Positions 53,597 through 64,000 of a stretch of 64,000 bases of DNA are shown piece by piece (position 1 is the first letter of the stretch; each line of letters opens with the position of its first letter). Under the pieces are notes generated by a model. It was not told the origin of the DNA and did no database searches. It saw only the letters and a list, made by a program, of their open reading frames with translations. Position numbers and translations under genes: made by a program. The stretch covers positions 36,210,001 through 36,274,000 of the forward strand of contig NC_087437.1 in NCBI RefSeq assembly GCF_036321535.1, in the 5' to 3' direction. This stretch comes from Camelus dromedarius. Taxonomy: Eukaryota.

Positions 53597-53640
53597 AAAA
53601 CAAAAACAAAAACAAAAACAAACAAACAAACAAAAACAAA
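53597..53640 (+). repeat. (CAAAAA)n/(CAAA)n tract at the start of the L1 3' UTR
   Basis: Read directly from the sequence. Confidence 0.9.
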
Positions 53641-54320
53641 GCGTAAATACAGGACAGAAATAGACTCACAGACAGAGAATACAGACTTGTGGTTACCAGG
53701 GGGTGGAGGGTGGGAAGGGATAGACTGGGATTTCAAAATTGTAGAATAGACTACACTGTATAGCACAGGGAAATATACACAAAATGTTATGATAACTCAC
53801 AGAGGAAAAAATGTGACAATGAGTGTGTATATGTCCATGAATAACTGAAAAATTGTGGTGAACACTGGAATTTGACACAACATTGTAAAATGATTATAAA
53901 TCAATAAAAAAATGTTAAAAAAAAAAAAAAGCCTCGAGCAAGATGTGCTGAATATGCTTGGGGTGACTTAGAGTAATGGGACTTCTTGGCACTAGTCAAA
54001 TGCAAGCATCTACATTAAAATTTATGGTTACAGTAAAAAAAAAAAATTGGCATATTCTTAAAAAGAGCTATTTTAATTCCCCTATTCCTTTCTTTCTTTT
54101 TGTTCCTTGTCATGTGGCTATTATTTTAGTTTAATCTCTCAATGCTTCCTCTTACATAAGAAATTCATGCAGAATACTGAATGTAGACGCATACTGAAAA
54201 CCACTCCATCTATGTAGAGTATGTATGTGTGAGGCAGAATACTGGACAAGTGGAGTAACATGAAAGTACTTTCCAATTTCCCTGTCCAAGCTGCATGTAT
54301 TAAAACACATTAATAAGACA

Positions 54321-54600
54321 AAACAGAAAGAGACTCTCAGACATAGAAAACAAACTCAAGGTTACCAAAGGGGAAAGGTAGGGAGGGATAAAGTAGGAGT
54401 TTTTGGATTGGCAGATACAAACTACTATGTACAGAGTAGATAAACAACAAGGTCCTACTGTATAGCACAGGGAACTACATTCAGTATCTTGTAATAACCT
54501 ATAATGAAAAATATAAAAGAAAACATATATACGTATATAACTAAATCAGTATGTTGTACACCAGAAGCTAACATTGTGTATCAACTATACTTCAATAAGA
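54321..54600 (+). mobile_element. 5'-truncated L1 3' UTR insertion with a 19-bp TSD
   Basis: TSD aaaacacattaataagaca (54302-54320) / aaaacaaattaataagaca (54601-54619); preceded by tt|aaaa. Confidence 0.93.
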
Positions 54601-55497
54601 AAAACAAATTAATAAGACATCTAATGTTTTCTATTTAGGGCATTTTAATTTTTTTTTTTAAGATTTCCACTCCTAGCTTTGAAAAGCTATGTACTCAATA
54701 AATAATAGATAAGAAATATGAAAACACATGACTTTCAATCAAGTACATACCTGTATTCTCTCAGCCTATTTATATGCAATTTTACCAAATAGCCACATTT
54801 TTTCCTCAAAGATTATATGTTAATGAATCCGTGACTAATAAACTTGGATATGTACACATAATAAAATGTCTCATGTTACACCTGGCCATCTTTCTTTTAC
54901 CTTTTATTTTTCACCAACCCTGATTATAAGAGATCATAAATAGGATTGAAACATTGATGAATAATACTGTTTCTTTGAGAATTATCAATATCTTTTGGGT
55001 TTTATCAGTATTTTGTGGTCTCTCTTCTTACTTGCTTCCATTTTCTGCTTCTAGGCTACTTTGTGCTCCCAATCCTCTGATAAGGCTAAACTAACACTGT
55101 CTTTAAGTGTCAGGATATCTCAAAGATGTCTCCTAAATCTATTTGATAAAATGTCAAGAATTCAGTTCAATAAAAACCCTTCATATTCTCATGGGAGGTA
55201 TTAATTTCTACCTACTTCAAGTGATTATTGTACAGTTAGTTAAGTGAATGCATGTAAAAGTTTACAACATTCAGGAGACTATTTTAATTTTGTAATTAAC
55301 ATGGCCTACCAGGCCCTGAAGGATCTTGCTCTGTCTTGATTTGCCTCCTGCCAGCATCTGAGCTCTTCTCTTTCCACCTTCCTTTCACTGTCACACTGCA
55401 GCCTCACTGCCAGCCCTATCATTTTTAACTTCAAAAAAGGAATCCATCCTTCATCACTTGATGATTCAGGAAGTATATTCTTTTTGCAAGGAATTGT

Positions 55498-55539
55498 CCC
55501 TAGGCTATAACTTACCTCCCTAGGCTATAACTTACCTCC
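55498..55539. repeat. Perfect 20-bp tandem duplication (ccctaggctataacttacct)
   Basis: Read directly from the sequence. Confidence 0.95.
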
Positions 55540-55607
55540 TAGTCAGCCTACAGACACTATGAAATTATAAACTCGTCTTTGTTGTTACCTGGCTCAAAAT
55601 TCTTCAA

Positions 55608-55787
55608 CAGTGGTTTTCAAAATGTGATCCCTGGACCACTAAGATTAGCATCACCTGGGAATTTGTTAGAAATGCAAATTCTCAGGCCCAATTCCTAAAA
55701 TGACTGATTTGGAAAACTTTGTGGAGATGAGGCATAACAAAAATGTTTTCACCAGCTCTGATGCTTGCCAACACTTGAGAGCCACTC
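55608..55787. mobile_element. MER5A hAT-Charlie MITE
   Basis: cagtggttttcaaaatgtgatccctggacca...agcatcacctgggaatttgttagaaatgcaaattctcaggccc...ttgagagccact. Confidence 0.85.
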
Positions 55788-55989
55788 TTCTACAATGTCT
55801 TCCCAGTAAAAATTCATTAAAATTATTAATCATATGATACATCATAACACCTTTGCAAACTTGTTTGAAATGTTAGGTACTAGGGATCCTCTCAGAAAAA
55901 TTCAATAGTTGTTTTTTTTTTTACCTAGCATTTTAGGTATTCTTTACCTAAAAGCTCTATCATCCAGCCCTAAAAGATGAATGTCTCAT

Positions 55990-56270
55990 CCTGAATCTCA
56001 AACTGTGCCTCCTTTTACAACCCATTTTCCACTGAACTCCAGATTTAGGACCTTTGTCTCTGTCCAGAATGGTTTTAATACAGATGTTAATATGGCTTTT
56101 CTTTACTTCATTAGGATCTCAAGTCAAAATCACCTCCACAAAGAGGCCTTTCCTGACCACCTCATAAAAAAAAAATACGCATAATTCTGTCTTCTTCTGA
56201 TTTCTTCCTAACACTTATTATAGACATAATTTTTGTTCATCTGTATACTTTTTTTGGCATCCCTCAGCAT
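55990..56270 (+). mobile_element. L2 3' fragment
   Basis: ggacctttgtctctgtccagaat...tcaaaatcacctccacaaagaggcctttcctgaccacc. Confidence 0.65.
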
Positions 56271-56369
56271 CAAGGAAGAGGGAGTACTACAAACAATTTT
56301 GTAATATTAAGCTTAAAATATGTCAAATAGTGAGAAACTACCAGGGGTGAGGTAGCCAGGTCATCCAGG

Positions 56370-56528
56370 GCACAGTGGGTGTTCATCAAAATATAGATTC
56401 TGACCCCACATTGACACTACTACTTGATTTGACTTTCTGAGGGTTAAGCTCTGAAATCTAGCAAGTAAAATGAATCTAACAAGTTCACCAAGTGATTCAT
56501 ATGCACAGTAATGTTTTAGAACCACTGA
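56370..56528. mobile_element. MER5-family MITE
   Basis: aaaatatagattctgacccca...taacaagttcaccaagtgattcatatgcaca...ttagaaccactg. Confidence 0.6.
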
Positions 56529-59500
56529 AATAGGTGATCAAATGTGTATCATGCTCAAAGTAATGGGGAAACCACCTAAAGATGGTTTTGTTTTAGATGT
56601 GTCTTCCTAGAGGACACATAAAGGATGTAGCTGAATAAAGCTAGAATGGAGACTGGAAGAGAAGTTATGACTGCTAAGTAGTACAAATCAAGTCCTATCA
56701 CGTTTCATTTAATTACAGTATTAACAGTAGACATGGAAATAGCTTTGAAAAAAATGTTAAAAATATAAAACCAATAAAACTTGGGGACAGAGATATGGAA
56801 TTATTAGGTAAAAGACAAGGTTTAGCTAATTCAGATGATTGCCAGGTGCCTAGGATGGGGGACTAAATAAATGATAAAACTGCAAGAAGTTGATCCAACA
56901 CTTTACATACTAAAATTATTTTTATGACAAAGTTTTAATACTTTTCTCATATCAAAAACAAATGAATGAGCCAAAAAAAACCCCACACAAATAAAATATA
57001 CTTACGCGAAGTGTTGTATTTTACTTTGCTTAAGATATTTCAATGTTATGCTAAGTAATATATTCAACTTTTCTACTCAATTTTTCAGAAAACACAAAGT
57101 CCAAGTTGGCTATCTGTTACTGACTGGTGACAGTGCCCCTAGAGCGTGTGATGCAGGCTCAGACACCTAAGTGATGTGTAACCTGTAATGCTTTACAACT
57201 GATAATGGCAGCATAAGGTCTTAATGTCAAGCAGATTATGATTATTACCTAAGCTCAGTCACCATTATACTGGAGGCTGGCATAGTTAAATGCAATTCAG
57301 AACTTGTTCATGAACCATTTTAATAGCATATTCGCAAATTACACTTTTTTCCCTCCCATTTCCTTCCATTTTATATTTTGGGTAAGAGCTTTCTTTCTTA
57401 AATGACTGGACTAATACCATAAAGTGCAATGATATGCTAGATGATGATTTATGTACAGCTCTTTTAATTACTTTTGACCTTTAAAACCAAATTTGGACCA
57501 AACACATTCATTGGTGAAAATATTTCCAAATTATGCGATAAAACTTCTTCATTAAAATTATATTAGAATAATGTATGAACAAACTGTTTTTATGCTAATA
57601 CTTTCATATAATTATTTGGTATTATGTAATAATTGAGGCTCTTTATGTTACCTTAGTTGAGCCGTTAACATATAACTCCTAATATAACTGAAGCACCATA
57701 TTTTATAGCCTTATGTTATCACATTCCCCTTGCTGTCTAGATTTAATAGCATTACCATTTCAGTGATGAGTTATTGTGTAATTATTGCTGTGATAGCCTA
57801 TTGTTGAGCATATCTAAGGTGTTTTAGAAATTGATGGGATGCCATTTTACTTCGCTGGGTGGTTTTGACCTAATATTTTGTCATAACAAGTGACTCCATT
57901 GTCATTGATGGGACTATTACCACCATCTGTGATGGGCTCATGGTGTTTATCTAAGTCTGAGGAGAAATGGCACACTGAATTCAACCTAATGGTGAAAATC
58001 TACATGCACAGGTTAATTCAGTAAGCCATGAGCAAATTTTTTGTAATGGATAGGCTTTTATAATCAGCTATATTTAAATTACAAAATATTGACATCAGTA
58101 ATCTCAGTACAAGTTTTGAAGGAATGTTAATTCTTACATATTACCTACACATATGTATGCATACATATATGAATATATGTATATATTCCTGTATATATGT
58201 ACATCTTTTTACCTTAATGATTTAAAGTTAACCAAATGTTATAAGTTTAACAGTTATGTTAAGTCAATCAAATAAAATTAAGACTGCATACAAACATCCT
58301 TCTCATACATTCCTGTGTCTAATATTCTTCTTTTATATTTGAAAAATTTTAATACATCTAATACTTCATTTTAAAAGTGTTTATATTTCTATAGTATTTA
58401 TACCTGAAGCAAATTTAATGCCAGATTATGATTAATAGTAAAGAAAAACCCTCAATAACTATTTTATATTATTTTCTTTTGAACAAGAGATCCATGTAAT
58501 TTAATTTTAATATTTCATCTGAGAAGCTTCTGGAAAAAAAAGTTTAACTCTACCCAACTTCAATGTATTTAAACGTATAAACAGCCTGCATTAATTACTA
58601 GCAGAGACAAATATTCTTAACCTTAACAATTGTCTTGTTATCATAACTAGTCACAGAAGTTACTTTTCTTCAAATTATTTTGTGAATGTTTACAAGTAAT
58701 GTAACATTTTGTTAAGTAGAGATCAAAGGAAAAATACACATCTAAAGGTAGCTCACATTTTAACTCATTCTTCATTTCTTTCCAGTTCCTTTCAAAAGTA
58801 CTGAGTTTTGACAACATACCAGTAATATACCATTTCTAGTTTTTAGCATTATTATCAAATATACTGAATTTCAAACTACTTAAATATGTCATAACTAATA
58901 TTCTATAATGACATCAGTCACCTAAATTGCTCTTGGAACTTTATCATATTCCTAAAATTTTTTGTACTCTATCCATTGTTTTAAGTTATATATTCTGCCT
59001 TTTCTATAACTTGAAAGATCACTTAAGATTTGTAAAAGTCAACAACTTACTCTCTCTAGGAGAGTATATTTTCCCGGAATGATAACTGTGTTCTAAATAA
59101 TTAAACTCTTAAGTACCAACAACAAATTGGCAAAAATGGGAAAAGGTTATTAATAGAAGCAAAATTAGACTTATCCCATATGTCTCAAATCATCTTATAG
59201 CTTTCAATGTAAATGCAGTCTATTCTCATAAACTAAACTTTGTATACAGCTTCAAGTGTAGATCATACACAGATTAACAAGTTAGAGAAAATATTTGGTA
59301 ATGCAGCAGGCAAATTCTCCTGAAGCCAGGCCATGCATATTTTATAACCAGATCCTCATTTTAAATTATTTTCCTATTAAAAAATAAAGGGATATCTTAA
59401 ATTAATTTTCACATATTATCCATACACTTTAATACACCAGGTTATTCAGAGATAGATTGTTAAGTATCTAGTTCTCAGGAAAACCAGGATCATGAGCTTT

Positions 59501-59960
59501 AACTTAATGCAATATTTCATCAGGAGGAAAAGGCACAGAAAACTAACATTAAGTCAACTAAAATTGAATTCTATTTATTTTGTGTTTCTTGAGTCTCTGC
59601 AAACATCATTTTAACAACTGGCATTTCTTACATTCGTTTATGTATTAATTTTATCTTTTTCAGGTTTGCTTTATTTCCAGCTTAAAGGGGCAACACATGT
59701 AAGTGTTATCTATATTTGTTATCTATACTTTGCTATCACTGTTACGCTGAATTCCTAAAAAGAACTGAGGAGGTAATTATCCTTTTATGTGACCTCATAT
59801 GACCTTAAATATTTTAAGCTATAATTTATATTTTAAGTATCAATTTTGAGCCTTTAAAAGATGTCAATCTTTTCAACCTGAGTACAGATTTCACTGTTCC
59901 ATAAAATATAATATTTATTTTACAGAAGAAATTTTTTTTTAAGGTTCATTTGGTCTGTGG

Positions 59961-60140
59961 CAGTGCCTCTCAAAATTTAGTATGTTTCACAGTCACCTGA
60001 AGAGTGTGTAAAAACACAAATGTTGGCCCAGTCCCAGAGACTCTAAGTAGATTTGGAGTGAGATCCAATAATGTACATGTTGAACAAGTCTCCAGGTGAT
60101 CTAATGCTGCTGAATCAGGGATCACAACTGAAGAACCATC
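59961..60140. mobile_element. MER5A-like MITE
   Basis: cagtgcctctcaaaatttagtatg...tcacctgaagag...aacaagtctccaggtgatctaatgctgctg...gaagaaccatc. Confidence 0.75.
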
Positions 60141-63100
60141 ACGTAGGTTTCCCTAGCAGTGCCTTCCTTAATTTCCAAGTAAGAATGTTTCTTTGTGTAC
60201 ATCAGTTTTTTATTATGGATTTATTAGTGGAGTGAATTTTAATCAGGAAATTGAGGTCACTTTAAGCATCTTGGGTTCAAGAGAGATAAGGAACATATAT
60301 CTGGGCTGGTTCCTCCCCCACGCTATCTGGCTCTGCCCTGTGAAGGATAAACCTATCTCTGTTAGTTTCCAAAACAGTACAGCATATTTATCAAGGACTT
60401 TAGTTAACTGAACAATCAATGGCTTCCTTAACGTCAGTTATGGGTTTGGAATATATCCAGTCAATGTATAAATCTATAGAATTGAGAATCGTATGTGAAG
60501 TACTGAGGAATGACTGCACATAATCTTCCAGAGCTTCCTGATAGCTATATGATACTTTCATGATGAAATATTCAGTATACACTTGTTTAACCTTCAAAAG
60601 GATCTATGGTTATGTTACTTTTTGTTAAAAATTATGAAATTCAGAATTCATGCCTTAAACAGTAGATTCTTCAAACTACAGACATATTACCATTTCCTTT
60701 TTTTCACATGTCAAGGGAATGCATGTAGCTTGGCAAACATGCAATTTATTTTATTTTTATTGAACCATCTGTTTGCTGGGCAGTTTGAGGCTTTTTTTTC
60801 CCCCACTGCTAACACATCTATCTAAAGGATTTTTTTTTTTAACAAGCCGCTCTTAAAAGCATTGCCAATTAGTTTTAACTTCACAAAATGAATGACAACC
60901 TGATGAATGCCATTACAGAACACATCATTACTTGAAAATTTGGCAGTCGTAAAGAAATTCACAAAGGCAGTAATTAAAATTAGCAGGAAAAGGCAAACTG
61001 CTTCAACTTGGTGTCTTCAACAAAAACAACTCCATATATGTTAATGAAGGCTTTCAGTGATATTTTCAACAACTTTTCTACATACAGTGTAAATCGTGTT
61101 CTTTCATTTCTCAACTCTAATTTTCAGCAATGAATGAAAATGCAGTGCAGTGTTAGCATTTTAGGAAGGGATAACATAAGGTTATCTTGATACTGTAATT
61201 ATTCACATCTCTCTTTTATTCTAAAATGCTAAATTCACTATAGCAGTGGCATGACATCTTGTTAACTAGTATGTTTCAGAAAATTTGAAGAACAATGTAG
61301 CAACACAAATGTTTCATATAAACCAAATAAAACTGAGAATAAGCCAAGCCACATAAACAATGGATGAACATTAATATTTTTCTCAGTATAATATATATGA
61401 AGAGGGAAGTGCAGAACACCCTTTAGGAGAGACAGGTATCAAAGTTACTATCAATTTTACAACTGTATTCTTTAGAATCTATTTGAAAATAATAGCTTTT
61501 TAACATTTATTTTGTGCTACAACACCAAAATATTAAGTGCATCATTTCAATTGAATTGAATAAAATATATTCTTTCTAACATAACTAAAAATACCCTAAA
61601 TAGAGTGAACTAAAAACGCCCTCAATAGAGTGTTCAATTTCAAGCACTGGTGAATTATATGCTATTTCTATGTGAATATTATTAGCTAATCTTGAATGGT
61701 TTATAACATGTGAACTAACCATTTCCCACGGATAAGTGTCTGTTAAATATTCTAAAACTGCATCAGAGTTTTAAGCATAATGTAACAGATTGCTTAGGGT
61801 AAGAGTGAAGTTAAGTACCATCCATATCAACCAACAGAATACAGCTAGAGTACAACAATGGGAAAATGCATTGATTAAGGAAAAGGAAAGTACAAATAAA
61901 TCAATGTTGTATTAACTCTGAATAGGAAATATAGAAAGCTAATGAGAATGAGGCATTTATTTATTTTTTTCCAAATGTCAGTCCAGCTGTTGGAAAAATA
62001 CAATCTTTGAAATCTTTACCATATAATGGATTTCTATAGGAAGTTCAGTCTATCTGGACCTTTAGTCACATGCCTGTACCACACTAATCACAGAGCCTGT
62101 ACAGTATGTTGTAATATCTGGTAAAACCATTTACTTCCTTATATATTTTCCCTTTTAGTGCATACCTAGCTATTCTCCAATGTTTATTTCTCTGTATGAA
62201 CTTCAGTGTCTACTTGACTAGCTTCATTTTTTAAAGATTATTGCTATATTTACTGGGATCACATTAAAATCTAAGTCTCTTAGTTCAAGTTATCTGATCC
62301 CAAGTTCCAGCTGCCTTCTTACACGTCACAATGTTCGAGAAACACAACCCTAAAATTTTATAGAGACTTTAGAAAGGACATTCCTCTTCATGAGCAGTAG
62401 CACTCCACACACTTTTCAGTCAAATGAAGACGCACATTTAAGGATAATTGGGAATAGAATGACAGAATCATCATTCTATCCATTAAAGACATTCTTTTAA
62501 AACTAGACACTAAGATATTTTATTAGGGCTTTAGGAGGTCAACAAGCCAGTAACAGGCTAGAACACATATTTCTGCAAAAGAGTATCACATCCTCTTTAA
62601 AGTCTGGGGGGTAATTTCCTAAACAGTATTATGGAGTATAAATAAGTATTTTCTTAAGATACACTCCTATTCGCCACATTAAAATATTCTTTCAAATTCT
62701 CATTTCCATATGTTAATATATTTTAGCTATAGATATTTTGACTAAAATAACATGATAAAATATTATAATGTATATTCCCTATTTCTAGGAATTGCTTAGA
62801 TCTGAAAACATTTAACAGTTTGAAGGTGACTGTTCTAAATCAGGAAACAAATGTGAATTGGCATTGCAGAATTAAAATCAGCATTGCATTACTTAAAATT
62901 AGCAAACAAAATTGCTTTAAATATTAATCAACAAATCATTGTGTTTAAGGAAGTAACTAGTCATAAGAGTTTAGAACACGGCTCATATATAAAGTATAAT
63001 AGCATTTGTATAAAACACAACCAAAATTAGTTCCACAAGGCACCACAATACATGATGAGTTAGTCTTGCAACCTTAACTTTCTATAGTGTGTTCATATTT

Positions 63101-64000
63101 GATTCCATCACCCAAACATACAGTGCTGAAGTAAACTGCCTTCTTCATAAAAAATGAAGCCAAAGATATTCCAGTTATTAATGTGAGACTCAGAAAACTG
63201 TCCTTATTTAATTTGTGAATTAGTATTTTCTAATTCAAGTTAAGAAATTACGTTCTATATGAAAAACATACAACTGAAATACACCTAAATTCTTCATTTT
63301 CTACAGTGAGTTAGATGATAAATGACCTTTTTCAAGTAATTTGAATTAATTGTTGATAGCACCTGTTAATGAAATAAAGCAAAAATCTAATGAAATTATG
63401 TATACAGTTTCAGATTTTTTTTTATTTCAATAAAATACTTGGATATATATACATATACACCATTGACACTCACATACATATAACACTGACAGATTTTTAT
63501 GAAATTTCACCTACCAAGCTAATTTTTGTTATATAAACTGGCTTGAATTTTAGTTTCTAATTTATTGAAAGAATTGAGGAAACGACTGCAATTTATTTCA
63601 CTAAAAACTGTTCATTCTTGAAAAATGACATCCATGAAATTGAATTTTCTTAGCAAAGGACACAATCTAAGGTTAAGGAAACAAAAGCTATAATTTTCTA
63701 ACAGTCAGAGGAAATGACTATTGCAAAAACTGCATTTGTAACTTATATTTAAAATAATTGCAAATGCTCTTATTTATGTCTGTCTTCCAGACACATTTTC
63801 TACTGGCAGAGAATACTGAGTTATAATTGTACCACTCAGTTATCTAGCTTCTTTAACATGAGCTGAATAAAACAGGTTTTTTTTTTTTTTTGGTCTTGGC
63901 TCAAATATCATCATCTCCAATATATATACTGTGACTATTCTGTTTGTAATTGAAACAAATACCACATATATACACAATCATAAACCTTGAGTTGGGATTT

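Larger units (their letters stand above)
46799..53930 (+). mobile_element. Full-length young LINE-1 (~7.1 kb), coding-defective as assembled
   Basis: G-rich start with AAGATGGCG, 5' UTR, ORF1, ~400-nt spacer, ORF2 (EN, RT, CCHC), 3' UTR, AATAAA at 53903-53908 and poly(A). Confidence 0.98.

Noticed and set aside
59664..59698. Plus-strand exon-like segment (ttttttcag|...cat|gtaagt), and a plus-strand acceptor at ~57089
   Set aside because: Isolated, with no partner exons; such signals are frequent in AT-rich DNA. Not fully excluded.
60400..60597. 65-aa minus-strand ORF with protein-like composition
   Set aside because: No convincing splice sites, a non-ATG start and no recognisable domain.

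Overview
AT-rich eutherian genomic DNA, probably from a cetartiodactyl and most plausibly a camelid. The basis is the artiodactyl-style L1 3' UTRs and the absence of any recognisable Alu, Bov-tA, PRE-1, CHR-2, Can or ERE SINE; this is an inference. The dominant feature is a young full-length LINE-1 on the + strand (~46799-53930). It has a CpG-rich 1.7-kb 5' UTR, disrupted ORF1 and ORF2, a YADD reverse-transcriptase motif and no target-site duplication (TSD). The rest is layered older L1, MaLR/ERVL LTR, MIR, L2 and hAT relics, several nested with readable TSDs. A few short minus-strand segments carry good splice signals and may be the 3' end of an unidentified host gene: a 90-nt exon at 19551-19640 and a terminal exon from 18498 with stop and polyA signals. 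There is no prokaryotic-type system, CRISPR array, rRNA or tRNA. Most ORFs in the supplied track are chance frames or antisense L1 frames. Repeat subfamily names are recognised from memory and need RepeatMasker confirmation; old-repeat boundaries are approximate.
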